Origin: Candidatus Thorarchaeota archaeon
Lineage (GTDB): Archaea > Asgardarchaeota > Thorarchaeia > Thorarchaeales > Thorarchaeaceae
Direction of reading: 5' to 3'
NCBI GenBank assembly: GCA_046758445.1
Contig: JBHIAE010000002.1
Span: forward strand, 74,073 to 138,072
DNA length: 64,000 nucleotides
Part shown: piece by piece, positions 1 to 11,013 of the stretch
Layout: each line of letters begins with the position of its first letter
Position numbering within the stretch: the first letter of the stretch is position 1
Translations under genes and position numbers: made by a program
The notes under the pieces: model-generated
What the model saw: only the letters and a program-made list of their open reading frames with translations
Database searches by the model: none
What the model was told of the DNA's origin: nothing

Positions 1-20
1 TCGAGGACGACATCTGCAAT

Positions 21-455
21 ATGAGTCAGCTCTGGGGTTCCACATACACGCTCTACTGGACCAATGGGTCCAAAGTTCCGATACTAAGCCCCGTGAATTT
101 CGCACTTCGCCCTGTTGGAAACTGGAGTCTTATGACGGAATTGATATTGCAGTATCCCACCATCGTACCTGAATCGATTCTTGATACGTCTACTTTATGG
201 GGCTTCAACACAAGTGAGAGTTGGACCAACACCCGAATGCATGCTATGTATGAAATCTCAAAACACGATGGTATAGCACACCGATTGTTTGTGAACGTGA
301 CAGAGAGGGTGAATGCAAAGTGGGGCACCTCTACTTGGCTATTTACCCGCATGTTTGAGCCTAACGACGCATTTTCTGTAAGCTTGGTTTTAGGATTGGG
401 CCTTACTCTCTTGGTTGTGGTTCTGGCTTCAATATACCGTTGGAGCAGACCTTAG
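21..455 (+). CDS. C-terminal part of membrane-anchored hypothetical protein (probably starts before the window)
   Basis: ORF at window edge ending in a hydrophobic TM helix plus basic tail (LVLGLGLTLLVVVLASIYRWSRP). Confidence 0.55.
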   Translation: MSQLWGSTYTLYWTNGSKVPILSPVNFALRPVGNWSLMTELILQYPTIVPESILDTSTLWGFNTSESWTNTRMHAMYEISKHDGIAHRLFVNVTERVNAKWGTSTWLFTRMFEPNDAFSVSLVLGLGLTLLVVVLASIYRWSRP

Positions 456-582
456 CAAGCCTGTGAACATAGCACCCTCCTTGATGATCTCTGATAAGGC
501 GGATGTCGCGTGTTCAAATCACGCCGGGCCCACCATTGCTTCTTGCGCTTAGCTTTATCTTGTCCTTAGTCACTGCTGATGC

Positions 583-918
583 TTGGTGACTTCAATGAGT
601 TTCAATCCATGCGATGCCCGGTGTGAAGGCTGTCCTAGCTACTTGGGAAAAGGTGAGCCACCATGTGCTGGGTGCAGAGAGTCAGGTGAAAGACCATGGT
701 GGGGCACATGCAAGGTCTTTGATTGCACAACTGAGAAGAGTCTTAATCACTGTGGCCTCTGTGACGAGTTTCCAAGTGATCTCCTGATAGGTCACTATGA
801 CCCAGACAATCCCGAGGGGCAGCGAAACGCGGCAGTTCGGGCTGGGGTTCTTGCCTATCTCGTCAGGCACGGGGACGACAAGGCTCTCGAACTATACAAG
901 AAGATCAAGAAAGCCTAG
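583..918 (+). CDS. Cys-rich DUF3795-like protein
   Basis: CxxxCxxC...CxGC...C...C...HCGxC pattern. Confidence 0.7.
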   Translation: MVTSMSFNPCDARCEGCPSYLGKGEPPCAGCRESGERPWWGTCKVFDCTTEKSLNHCGLCDEFPSDLLIGHYDPDNPEGQRNAAVRAGVLAYLVRHGDDKALELYKKIKKA

Positions 919-940
919 AATCCCATAGTTTCTGATAGCA

Positions 941-2230
941 ATGGAATGGAGAGAAAAGGAAGAGAGCGCCGTGCGGCGGAATGAGCGTCTGTGCACGAAC
1001 TGTGGATTCTGTACAATATCTGTGGGTTGCCCAAGTCCAGAATATTGCGTTGGCTGTAGATCATGCTACATGGCATGTCCACAAGAGGCAATCTCTCTGA
1101 CACAGAATGAATCTCCAAACAGCATTATCATCACTATAGACGATCAGCCAGTACAGGTGCCTGACAACATCACCATCAAGGAAGCATTGCAGTCCTTTGG
1201 AATCGCCTTTACTCGCTATCCGAAAACAGCTCACTCCTTTGCCCCATGTGAAACTGGAGGCTGCTATGCATGTGCGGTTCTTGTGGATGGAGAGCTAAGT
1301 CCCAGCTGTCATACGGCCGTGAAACCTGGGCTGAACATACGTACAGAGGTTTCAGATCAGATACAGCCCCTTCGTATTGTCGGATGGTGTCAACCTCACT
1401 CCGTTGGAGGTGTTGGAACTCCCTGGTCGGAGAAGGCATTTGGTTTCGATTTCAGGGACTATGCCGAGGCTGCTTGCTTTGCGGCTGGATGTAATCTCCG
1501 ATGCCGAACATGTCAGAACTTCAGCGTTACGTACAACAGTGCCGCATCCGCAGTCACAGCAGAGCATGCCGCCCAGAAACTCCTTGGACTAGCCTTACGC
1601 GTCGGCGTCAAACGGCTGGCGATCTCTGGAGGCGAGGCCACACTCAACCGGCCGTGGCTCGAGGGCTTCTTCACATGGCTCAAAACACGCAGCCCTAGCG
1701 ATTTCCGTCTACATCTAGACACGAACGCCACGATTCTTACTCCAGACTACATAGATGCCTTGGTGGAAGCAGGCGTCACTGATATCGGTCCTGACCTCAA
1801 GTCCGCTCGCTTGGAAACCTTCCAGAATATCACCGGAATAACAGATTCGACCCTAGCAGAGACCTACTGGACCACAGCTTGGAACGCTGTTCGCTACTTG
1901 GCCGACAACTACTACCCAGAACAACTGTTCATGGGGGTCGGGCTACCTTTCAATCCTGCCTTCTACTCGTCATCAGAAGCCATGGATGCGGAGCTCCATG
2001 AGTGGGGTACACGAATTGCTGATATCGATGATAGAATCCAAGTGACAGTCTTAGACTACCGTCCCGAGTTCCAGCGTCATGACATCAGACGACCATCCAG
2101 TGCTAAGATGCGAAATGTCAAGGCCACTCTGGAAGGACTAGGTCTCCGGACAGTGTTAGCTCAGACAGCCATGGGTCATCTTGCACCTTCTCGACCTGCA
2201 CCAGATCGAGAAGTACAACGATCCTCCTGA
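941..2230 (+). CDS. Radical SAM protein (PFL-activase-like) with N-terminal 4Fe-4S and 2Fe-2S-type domains
   Basis: CTNCGFC and CVGCRSCYMACP ferredoxin motifs, CETGGCYAC, radical SAM CNLRCRTC, SGGE, HLDTN. Confidence 0.85.
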   Translation: MEWREKEESAVRRNERLCTNCGFCTISVGCPSPEYCVGCRSCYMACPQEAISLTQNESPNSIIITIDDQPVQVPDNITIKEALQSFGIAFTRYPKTAHSFAPCETGGCYACAVLVDGELSPSCHTAVKPGLNIRTEVSDQIQPLRIVGWCQPHSVGGVGTPWSEKAFGFDFRDYAEAACFAAGCNLRCRTCQNFSVTYNSAASAVTAEHAAQKLLGLALRVGVKRLAISGGEATLNRPWLEGFFTWLKTRSPSDFRLHLDTNATILTPDYIDALVEAGVTDIGPDLKSARLETFQNITGITDSTLAETYWTTAWNAVRYLADNYYPEQLFMGVGLPFNPAFYSSSEAMDAELHEWGTRIADIDDRIQVTVLDYRPEFQRHDIRRPSSAKMRNVKATLEGLGLRTVLAQTAMGHLAPSRPAPDREVQRSS

Positions 2231-2317
2231 TTCTGTCTTGCCGTGCCCAAAGACTATTCAGTGAAACTTCAGAACTTAATCGTTGAGGCCTTTTGTCGAT
2301 AGTTAAGAGGACTGGGA

Positions 2318-2797
2318 ATGTCAAAGAACGGGGAACGCATTGATGGCCAAATCAAAGGCATCGCAGAACGTCTAGAGGCCGCAATGACAAAGAATCCTGA
2401 TGAACCTCTGGCTAACGGCACTCTGAATGAACTATCTGACGAGAACTTCATGGATACTGTTCGACAGCCGAAGACTGCAATCGTCGAGTTCTACACCAAT
2501 ACCTGCCCATACTGCAAGCAGATGAAACCTGTTCTTGATGAGCTCGCGAGTGACTACAAGTCGAAGGTGTATTTTGCAAAGATCAATATCGATGAGCATG
2601 AAGAGGCCGCAACAACGTTTGATGTAGAGGGTGTACCTCTCATCATGGCTTTCAAGAAAGGCAACCCGGTGGCCAGGATAGAGGGTCTAAGGAGTATTCA
2701 TGAACTGGACGGGTGGATTGAGAGCATCCACAAAGGCCTACGACCAATGAGAATTGAGCCAGGTCCTGTCACAAAGGTCATTCTCGGTGACATATGA
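2318..2797 (+). CDS. Thioredoxin family protein
   Basis: VEFYTNTCPYCKQM CxxC motif and cis-Pro GVP. Confidence 0.85.
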   Translation: MSKNGERIDGQIKGIAERLEAAMTKNPDEPLANGTLNELSDENFMDTVRQPKTAIVEFYTNTCPYCKQMKPVLDELASDYKSKVYFAKINIDEHEEAATTFDVEGVPLIMAFKKGNPVARIEGLRSIHELDGWIESIHKGLRPMRIEPGPVTKVILGDI

Positions 2798-2819
2798 CCC
2801 AAAGCGCGACCCGGTGAAA

Positions 2820-4706
2820 CTATAGAGTGAGTCTGAAGATATACTCATCATCTTCCATCTTCAGCTTGCTCTCGATCACTTTCCCAGTCTTGTGAAGGAA
2901 CCTAATCATTGGCACGTTCTTCGGATGTACGTGTGCCACGAAGGCTCCCACTCCTTTACTCTTTGCGATACGCATTAGGTGATTGAGCATGTAAGTGCCA
3001 ATTCCCTTGTTTTGATAGTCATCTTGGACTAGGAGTGCGAATTCTGCCTCATTCTTATGCCAATCGAGCAGGTAGCGTCCTGCACCAATGATTTCCTCAG
3101 TTGATCCGTCATCGTTGGAGCAGATGGTTGCCACGATGCTGATGTCTCTGGACTGGTCCACATTGTAGAAGTCCTGCAGAGTCTGTCGCTGGAGGCTTGT
3201 GAGGGGCGTCAAGAATCTGAAGAAGATCGACTCCTCACTGAGTCCGTAGAACAGGCATTTGATTCTATCAGTGTCGTCGGGTCGTATTAGTCTGAAGTCC
3301 ACATCAATCGCCCCATCTGGCCCGTCGAAGGTTTCCTGTGCTTCGTATTCTATAGGGAAGTAGGTTCCCTTGGCTTGGAAGGGCACTTGGTCCTCGAAGA
3401 CGTAGCGCATCTCTTTCGCTACTTCGAGAAGATCATTTCGGAAGTCTGGATGTGCAATTGCTATGAGTGACAATACACGTTCGCGTATCGTTCTTCCTCG
3501 CAGTATTGCCTGACCATATTCTGTGATGACGACCTCAACGTCGCCTCTTGTAGTGACTACTCCTGCGCCTTCACTTAGCCGTGGAACAATCCTTGAAACA
3601 GTTCCGTCTAGGGCCGTAGACGGCATACAGATGATTGCCTTTCCGCCTTGAGACCGCGATGCGCCTCTAATGAAATCCACCTGGCCGCCTATTCCGCTGT
3701 AGAATCTGTGACCAATGGAATCCGAACAGACCTGACCTGTCAAGTCGACCTCAAGAGCAGAGTTGATAGCCACCATCTTGTAGTTCTGGGCGATGACATT
3801 TGGATCGTTTACATAGGCTGTATCTCTGAACTCAAACATGGGGTTGTTGTCAACGTAGTCGTATAGCTTCTTCGTGCCCATAGCAAAGCTTGCTGTCACT
3901 TTGTTTCTATTGATACTCTTCCTGCTATTTGTGACAACACCACTCTCGACAAGATCAATTATGCTGTCACCGAACCGTTCAGTATGAATCCCTAGGTCCC
4001 CAACCCCAGAAGTCAAGAGACTACTGGCTACTGACTGTGGGAGTGCTCCTATTCCGAGCTCAATTGTGGACTCATTCTCTATCAACCGTGCCACATAGCT
4101 GCCAATCAGATCACTCTTCTCGTCTACCTCAACTGCTTCGAATTCCCTCAGCGGTTCATTATGGCATACCAAGTAGTCGATGTCACGCAGATGTATGAAT
4201 GAATCGCCATGGGTGACGGGCATGCGTTCATTCACCTGGGCGATGACCAAGTCCGAACTCTCTGCGGCGCTTTTCGTGATGTCAACTGAGATTCCAAGAG
4301 AGGAATAACCATGCTCATCAGGTGGGCTTATTTGAATTAGAGCAACGTCAAGAGGTATTCTCTTAGTTCTGAAGAAGACTGGAATGTCAGAGAGATGTGC
4401 TGGTGTGTAGTCGGCCCTACCCTCGTAGACTGCTGTTCTAATGTTGTCAGACACAAAGAAGCTGTTGTGTCTGAACTGTTCCTGAAACTTCGGATCTGCT
4501 GAAGGGGTGTCTCCAAGTGTCAGGAGATGCACGATCTCATTGTCCGCCATCCGACTGGCGTTTCGTGCGAGCTCCTGCACTAAATGATAGGGCACACCAC
4601 AACCGGTTCCTAGAAAGATGCGTGTGCCTCTCTTGACTTTCTTGATGGCCTCTTCTGCAGTCAGTATCTTGTCCTTGTACTTGTCTTTCCATCCTGAATC
4701 GGCCAT
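2820..4706 (-). CDS. Acetyl-CoA hydrolase/4-hydroxybutyrate CoA-transferase fused to a C-terminal GNAT acetyltransferase
   Basis: ELGIG, GIHTE, SGIGGQVDF motifs; C-terminal EFALLVQDDYQNKGIGT GNAT motif. Confidence 0.9.
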   Translation of the reverse strand: MADSGWKDKYKDKILTAEEAIKKVKRGTRIFLGTGCGVPYHLVQELARNASRMADNEIVHLLTLGDTPSADPKFQEQFRHNSFFVSDNIRTAVYEGRADYTPAHLSDIPVFFRTKRIPLDVALIQISPPDEHGYSSLGISVDITKSAAESSDLVIAQVNERMPVTHGDSFIHLRDIDYLVCHNEPLREFEAVEVDEKSDLIGSYVARLIENESTIELGIGALPQSVASSLLTSGVGDLGIHTERFGDSIIDLVESGVVTNSRKSINRNKVTASFAMGTKKLYDYVDNNPMFEFRDTAYVNDPNVIAQNYKMVAINSALEVDLTGQVCSDSIGHRFYSGIGGQVDFIRGASRSQGGKAIICMPSTALDGTVSRIVPRLSEGAGVVTTRGDVEVVITEYGQAILRGRTIRERVLSLIAIAHPDFRNDLLEVAKEMRYVFEDQVPFQAKGTYFPIEYEAQETFDGPDGAIDVDFRLIRPDDTDRIKCLFYGLSEESIFFRFLTPLTSLQRQTLQDFYNVDQSRDISIVATICSNDDGSTEEIIGAGRYLLDWHKNEAEFALLVQDDYQNKGIGTYMLNHLMRIAKSKGVGAFVAHVHPKNVPMIRFLHKTGKVIESKLKMEDDEYIFRLTL

Positions 4707-4917
4707 CGCACGTTCCTCAGATTGCCAAATCGTGAGCTCTCTCGTTCATATAGGCGTTTCCTACTACAATTCAAGACTCTGTGAGAATATCACTATACCG
4801 ATGACTGTGTTCACGGTTTCACCTTGAAGCTGACACAAGTTCGGCGCGAGCTATCATAGAAGAAACCTTATCAGTAGGAGAGAGCGCGCCCCGGCGCAAG
4901 ACTCGGCAATCACTCAG

Positions 4918-6195
4918 GTGGATTACTCTATGTCTGAAGAGAAGGTCGGAAACCGGAATCTTGTCATTATCGGTGCTATTGTCGTTCAGCTTTGCCTGGG
5001 CTCAATCTACGCCTGGTCATTCTTCCAGACCGCCCTGAGAGGCGGTGTATACACATGGTCTGCTTTCTTCACGCAGCTTCCGTTTGCCGCTGGTCTGGCT
5101 TCGTTTGCTCTGTTCATGATCTTTGCAGGAAGATGGCAGGATCGAGTAGGCCCACGAAGAGTCGCCACAATAGGTGGAGTACTTCTCGGTCTGGGCTACA
5201 TACTCGCATATCTGGTCGACTTCGTAGCGTTTGGGGATGAGTTGATCGGAACTCTATGGCTTGTCATCACATATGGAATCATTGGCGGTGCCGGAATTGG
5301 TTTCGCGTATGTCTGTCCTATCGCGGCGCTAGTGAAGTGGTTCCCTGACAAGAAGGGGGCGATCACTGGAATCGCGGTCGCTGGATTTGGTGCTGGGGCA
5401 CTTGTCTTTGGCTATGTGGAACAGTTCTTGCTAGGCATGTTTAACGTGCCTACACTCTTACAGATCGGTACGCCTTTCCTAGTCTTGGGTGTCACATATC
5501 TCATCCTGGTTGTTCTCGGCTCCCAGGTGCTCACAAACCCACCAGAAGGTTGGGTACCAGCCGGCTATGTTCCACCCGTAACAACCGCTGATGGAAAAGG
5601 TGTTGATATCCTTCCGGGTCAGATGATACGAACCTCAAGCTTCTGGTTACTCTGGTTGATGTTCGTCTTCGCAGCGACTGCTGGTCTCATGACTCTGGGC
5701 AACGTTAAGTCCGCTGCATTGATCATTGATCCCCTAGCAGATGCAGTCATTATCGTTGGTGTGATGAGCATCCTGAATGCAGCAGGTCGAATTGTCTGGG
5801 GAGCAACTTCTGACAAGCTTGGGCGTGAGAACACGATGGCCCTGATGTTCATAGTCCTCGCACTGGCGATGTTCACGTTCGCATGGATGTCAACCATCAC
5901 AATCAGCTGGCTTGCAGTGATGGGGATCGCATCACTGATTGGCTTCTGTTTTGGTGGCAACTTTGCACTTTTCCCATCTGCCACTGCAGACTTCTTCGGC
6001 AGCAAGAACGTTGGGAAGAACTATGGAGTGATGTTTACAGCCTATGGTATTGCAGGCATCACTGGAGCCTTTGTTGCGGGTCCAATTGTTGATGCCACTG
6101 GGTCGTACTTCATGGCCTTCATTGTCACCGGCGTCCTTGCGATTATCGCTGTGATATTCACTGTCATTCTGAAGTCCATGCGCAAGAACGTGTAG
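4918..6195 (+). CDS. MFS transporter, oxalate/formate antiporter (OFA) family
   Basis: About 12 TM segments, GRWQDRVGPR, KWFPDKKG, GRIVWGATSDKLGR. Confidence 0.9.
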   Translation: MDYSMSEEKVGNRNLVIIGAIVVQLCLGSIYAWSFFQTALRGGVYTWSAFFTQLPFAAGLASFALFMIFAGRWQDRVGPRRVATIGGVLLGLGYILAYLVDFVAFGDELIGTLWLVITYGIIGGAGIGFAYVCPIAALVKWFPDKKGAITGIAVAGFGAGALVFGYVEQFLLGMFNVPTLLQIGTPFLVLGVTYLILVVLGSQVLTNPPEGWVPAGYVPPVTTADGKGVDILPGQMIRTSSFWLLWLMFVFAATAGLMTLGNVKSAALIIDPLADAVIIVGVMSILNAAGRIVWGATSDKLGRENTMALMFIVLALAMFTFAWMSTITISWLAVMGIASLIGFCFGGNFALFPSATADFFGSKNVGKNYGVMFTAYGIAGITGAFVAGPIVDATGSYFMAFIVTGVLAIIAVIFTVILKSMRKNV

Positions 6196-6369
6196 AAGCA
6201 AGAACTCGGTCAGAGGTCATAGACAATCCGTCTTTGGCCTCTCCTTGTTTCTTCCTGCAAGTCTTCCTATTCTTCCTCTTGATCTGAAATTGGCACTATT
6301 GGACAAGCTTCATAAGGAGGTGCTTTCGCGCCGTCGACCAAAGCATCGATGCTTATGGTGACAAGTCCC

Positions 6370-8361
6370 ATGTCTGATGAAAAGAAGATCACAGTCACGA
6401 GCCAGGAGGAGAGACGATTCGCACCCCCAAAGAGTTTCGTCGACAAGGCCTACATCAAGAGTCATGATGAGAGGATGAAACTCTGGAAGGAGTCTGTTGA
6501 GAATCCCGACGAGTTCTGGCTCAAGATCACAAAGGAAATGATCCATTGGAAGAAGGAGCCTACTAAGGGGTTCGATTTCAAGGATAAGGAGAAGATCCTC
6601 TTCACCTGGTTCGAGGATGGCATCACCAACATGGCCTACAACTGTCTGGACAAGCACGTCGAGGCCGGTAAGGGTGATCAGGTGGCCCTTATCTGGCAGG
6701 GTGATCCAATAGATGAGTCCAAGACCTACACCTACACGGAGCTACTCAGTGAGGTCAACAAGGCCGCCAATGTTCTGAGGAATCTCGGTGTGAACAAAGG
6801 CGACAGGATCACGATGTACATGCCCATGATCCCTGAACTCGCCATTATCATGCTAGCGAGTGTGAGGATCGGAGCAATTCACAGCATAGTCTTCGGTGGT
6901 TTCACAGCGGACTCTTTGAAGGACAGAATCCTCGATTGTGAGGGCAAAGTTCTGGTCACGGCTGATGGTTACTATCGTAACGGCAAGATAGTCCCCCAGA
7001 AGAAGAATGCTGACAGAGCTCTCGAGGAGACCCCGATTGTCGAGAAGGTCCTAGTGGTTCAGAGAATGGATATGGAGGACACTCCTTGGACCGAAGGCCG
7101 AGACCTCTGGTATCACGAGGAGTACGCGAAGGTCGATGACAAGTGCGAGCCCGAATGGTTGAACGCGGAAGACCCGCTCTTCATCCTCTACACCTCAGGC
7201 TCAACTGGAAAACCAAAGGGAGTCCTTCATACTACTGGAGGATACATGACATATACGACTTACACGTTCAAGACCATCTTCGACTGGCATCCTGGTGACG
7301 TCTACTGGTGCACTGCGGACATCGGTTGGATCACTGGACACTCCTACATTGTCTACGGTCCCCTGTCAGCTGGAGCCACTACAATGATGTTCGAAGGCAC
7401 TCCAACGTACCCCTCGAATGACCGGTTCTGGCTAGAAGTGGAACGTTGGAAGGTCACACAGTTCTACACTGCTCCTACCGCCATCAGGGCTCTGATGAGA
7501 TTCGGTGATGAGCCCGTGAAGAAACACGACCTTTCATCGTTGAACCTGCTCGGTACTGTCGGCGAGCCCATCAACCCCGAGGCGTGGATGTGGTATCATG
7601 AGGTTGTAGGAAATGAGAACTGCCCCATTGTTGACACGTGGTGGCAGACAGAAACAGGAGGGATAATGATAACCCCTCTCCCAGGTGCTACACACACGAT
7701 TCCGGGAAGCACCACTCATCCATTCTTCGGTATTGAGCCGATGATAGTTGACGAGGCGGGAGTCCCAGTCGGCCCGAATGAGGGTGGATACCTATGTATC
7801 CGTAAACCTTGGCCGGGGCTAATGCGAACAGTCTACGGTGACCATGAAAGGTTCATCAATACTTACTTCGTACAATACAAGGACCCTGAAACCGGCCTGC
7901 CTATGTACATGACGGGAGACGGCTCCCGCTACAACGAAGACGGGTACTATTTTGTCATGGGCAGGATAGATGATGTCCTAAAAGTATCAGGCCATCGTCT
8001 GGGCACGGCAGAGATAGAATCTGCGTTGGTGAAACACCCAGCGGTATCTGAGTGCGCAGTCGTCGGATTCCCACATGACATCAAGGGTGAGGACATCTAC
8101 GTGTTCGCCACGCTGAGGCTCGGCGTTGAGAAGACCGAAGACTTGAGGCAGGAGCTAAGACTACATGTACGCAGAGAGATTGGGCCAATCGCCACTCCTG
8201 CAAAAGTGCAGTTCGCCGACGCACTTCCAAAGACCCGTTCTGGCAAGATCATGCGACGGATTCTGAAGAGAATCGCAGCAGGTCAGATTGATGATATCGG
8301 TGACACTACGACATTGGCGGACCCGACGGTCGTTGAAACCCTCATCAAAGAGAGGTTGTAG
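6370..8361 (+). CDS. acs: Acetyl-CoA synthetase (AMP-forming)
   Basis: YTSGSTGKPKG, TADIGWITGH, DTWWQTETGG, LPKTRSGKIMRR. Confidence 0.97.
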   Translation: MSDEKKITVTSQEERRFAPPKSFVDKAYIKSHDERMKLWKESVENPDEFWLKITKEMIHWKKEPTKGFDFKDKEKILFTWFEDGITNMAYNCLDKHVEAGKGDQVALIWQGDPIDESKTYTYTELLSEVNKAANVLRNLGVNKGDRITMYMPMIPELAIIMLASVRIGAIHSIVFGGFTADSLKDRILDCEGKVLVTADGYYRNGKIVPQKKNADRALEETPIVEKVLVVQRMDMEDTPWTEGRDLWYHEEYAKVDDKCEPEWLNAEDPLFILYTSGSTGKPKGVLHTTGGYMTYTTYTFKTIFDWHPGDVYWCTADIGWITGHSYIVYGPLSAGATTMMFEGTPTYPSNDRFWLEVERWKVTQFYTAPTAIRALMRFGDEPVKKHDLSSLNLLGTVGEPINPEAWMWYHEVVGNENCPIVDTWWQTETGGIMITPLPGATHTIPGSTTHPFFGIEPMIVDEAGVPVGPNEGGYLCIRKPWPGLMRTVYGDHERFINTYFVQYKDPETGLPMYMTGDGSRYNEDGYYFVMGRIDDVLKVSGHRLGTAEIESALVKHPAVSECAVVGFPHDIKGEDIYVFATLRLGVEKTEDLRQELRLHVRREIGPIATPAKVQFADALPKTRSGKIMRRILKRIAAGQIDDIGDTTTLADPTVVETLIKERL

Positions 8362-8888
8362 AACTAACATTCCAAGGACGGGTTCAGCCCCGTCCTTCAA
8401 CCTCTTTCACAGGCTTCAGCAGAGGAAAGGCCTCTCTAGAGGCGATTTGTGCAGATATCTAAGAGTTTAATAGCCTAGAACACTTAACTATAGTTTAGCC
8501 GTCTGGGAAAGATGGTTCACATAGGTGTCTGGGCTCAACGTGTTGAGCAAAGCCATAAACCCAATCGGAAGTTGGCTGAGCGTTAAGACACGAAGGGCAG
8601 ATTGGAAATTGACATTGTGAGCAACGAAGTATCGGTTCGACGATATTAGTCGCGAAAAAGAACGCAATGTCGATTGGGAAGAATCGAAACCCTTTGCGAA
8701 CCTATCTCAGATGGCTATCTTGCGTTTTGGGATTATTGTCAGGCGGGCCATAACGCCGATTGTCTATTTCAGACTTCTCAAGATCACATGATCTCTTCGA
8801 CGTAGACTACTCGGCGATTATAACGGAGAACTAATATGGCTTGGCGGAGATGCTACTTAACTATAATTAACTGTCGGGTAAGATTACG

Positions 8889-10223
8889 ATGAACAGACTT
8901 GGTATCCGCAGGTTCACATATCTCTTGACCTTCTCTTTGATTGTTGTGTTAGGTCTTGTGGGCCCGTCAGTTGCCCCCGCTATTGAGGGCGCAGTGCTGT
9001 CTCAAGATGCATTCAATGTTGAGGTAGCGTTTCCAAATCTCCAGTTCAACAGCGCCGTTGATCTTCAGAATGCAGGTGATGGGACCAATCGGCTCTTTGT
9101 TGTGGAGAAGGATGGCATCATCCGCGTCTTCAATAACGACCGTGATACATCAGTCGCGTCGGTGTTCCTTGACATCAGCTCTGTGGTGAGTGCCATAGGA
9201 ACTGAGGAAGGACTCTTGGGTCTAGCGTTTCATCCGGACTACGCCGTAAATGGCTACTTCTACGTGAACTACATAGCCTCCGGTCCACGAAGAACGGTCA
9301 TTGAACGTTACAATGTGAGCGCTACAAACCCGGATCAAGCAGATGCTTCCAGTGCTCTTACAATTCTTGAGATTCCCCAACCCTATTCGAATCACAATGG
9401 TGGACAGATTGCCTTCGGTAGCGATGGGTACCTGTACATTGCAGTAGGAGATGGCGGAAGCTCAGGCGATCCTCAGGGGCATGGACAAGACAAGACCACG
9501 TTGCTTGGGTCTCTCTTGCGCATTGATGTTGACAATCCGGATGGTGGGTTAGACTACGGAATCCCGACCGACAATCCGTTCTACGGGAACCTTGATGGAT
9601 TTGCGGACGAGATATTCGCTTTCGGATTTCGCAATCCCTGGAGATTCAGCTTTGATCCTGTCACTGATTGGCTGTGGCTAGCTGACGTGGGACAGAGTTC
9701 GCTCGAAGAAATCGATATTGTAGAGTCCGGTCAGAACTACGGTTGGAATGTCAAGGAAGGTGAATTATGCTTCAATCCGTCGTCAGGGTGCAACGAAACT
9801 GGACTCATATCTCCAATCTGGAACTACACACGCACCCAAGGCATTTCTGTCACCGGGGGCTATGTGTTCCGTGGTTCGAGAAATCCTGAGCTCGTTGGGA
9901 AATACATCTATGGTGACTTCGGTTCAGGGCTGATTTGGTCCCTAGAGTATGACGGAATCAACCCCGCCATCAACTCCGAGCTTGCAGACACTTCAATCAA
10001 CATTGCATCATTTGGAGTCGATGAAGATGGCGAGCTTTACATAGTTGCATTGGCCGGTACCATCTATCGGTTCGAGAACACTGCAACCACGGCCACTACA
10101 ACCGGTACGACAACCACAGATACTACGACAACAACGCTGCCGTTTGACCCCACAACACTGCTCCTGGCAGGAGGAATTGCTGGAGTGGTTGCCGTTGTCG
10201 TGATCATAATCCGGAGAAGGTAG
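8889..10223 (+). CDS. Secreted PQQ-dependent glucose/sorbosone dehydrogenase family protein with C-terminal anchor
   Basis: Signal peptide, GLLGLAFHP, NHNGG, GFRNPWRFSFD, NYGW; Thr-rich linker plus TM. Confidence 0.88.
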   Translation: MNRLGIRRFTYLLTFSLIVVLGLVGPSVAPAIEGAVLSQDAFNVEVAFPNLQFNSAVDLQNAGDGTNRLFVVEKDGIIRVFNNDRDTSVASVFLDISSVVSAIGTEEGLLGLAFHPDYAVNGYFYVNYIASGPRRTVIERYNVSATNPDQADASSALTILEIPQPYSNHNGGQIAFGSDGYLYIAVGDGGSSGDPQGHGQDKTTLLGSLLRIDVDNPDGGLDYGIPTDNPFYGNLDGFADEIFAFGFRNPWRFSFDPVTDWLWLADVGQSSLEEIDIVESGQNYGWNVKEGELCFNPSSGCNETGLISPIWNYTRTQGISVTGGYVFRGSRNPELVGKYIYGDFGSGLIWSLEYDGINPAINSELADTSINIASFGVDEDGELYIVALAGTIYRFENTATTATTTGTTTTDTTTTTLPFDPTTLLLAGGIAGVVAVVVIIIRRR

Positions 10224-10269
10224 ACTAGTCAATTTCAATTTGGCATGTGAGAGTGCCCGCAAAGGCCTC

Positions 10270-10896
10270 TCATACCATTTCTTTCTCGGGTGAATTGTCC
10301 CCGAACTTAGACAAAGATGGTAGAAAACGACCAGTGTAATCCATGTAGTCCAAGTACTCACTCTCAAACTGATCAATGAGAATCCCTTCCTCTCTCCTAG
10401 CTATCCAATAGAAGGGAATCGCAACGAATATGGCGAATAGAACGAGTAACAAGTTGGCCGTGATTAGTGAAACGGACAAGGAGAACAGATTGAAGGTCGT
10501 GTACATTGGATGACGAACTCTACTGTAGGGTCCCACGGTTATTAGCTCGTGCTGCTCTTGAATCTCCCACTTTGCTGAATACTGTCTTCCTAATGTGTGA
10601 TGAATCCATACAAGAAGAGCTATGCCGACCACAGCCAATCCTACTCCAAACCAGCGAACAAATGAAGGCAGAGGCAGGTGAAACACCTGTATCCACTGAG
10701 GGACAACAATGTAGAGACCAATAGAAGCAAAGTACCCAAGAATAGCGAAACTGAGTGCAACTACGGCCTTGGTTCTCTGACTATACTCCTTCTCACTAGT
10801 TCTCCCAAGAGTCTGGCTCCTGTAATAGACTCTGACTCCTGCAAAGACAGCATAGGTGGCAATGAACACGATCTTAAACATCAGTTCATCATCCAT
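10270..10896 (-). CDS. Isoprenylcysteine carboxyl methyltransferase (ICMT/PEMT) family protein
   Basis: LITVGPYSRVRHPMY and REE...L..QF..EY motifs, TM helices. Confidence 0.85.
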   Translation of the reverse strand: MDDELMFKIVFIATYAVFAGVRVYYRSQTLGRTSEKEYSQRTKAVVALSFAILGYFASIGLYIVVPQWIQVFHLPLPSFVRWFGVGLAVVGIALLVWIHHTLGRQYSAKWEIQEQHELITVGPYSRVRHPMYTTFNLFSLSVSLITANLLLVLFAIFVAIPFYWIARREEGILIDQFESEYLDYMDYTGRFLPSLSKFGDNSPEKEMV

Positions 10897-11013
10897 GGAC
10901 GCACACCTCATGATGCAAGGTACCCAACAACATAAAAACATACCTTTGGGTCATTTTTGATTCTCTCGGGTCAGTTTATATACGAGAATGTGTAGGAATG
11001 ACTGTGATTCATT

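Noticed and set aside
10081-10137. ACA/ACC-rich low-complexity repeat
   Set aside because: Encodes a Thr-rich linker of a surface protein
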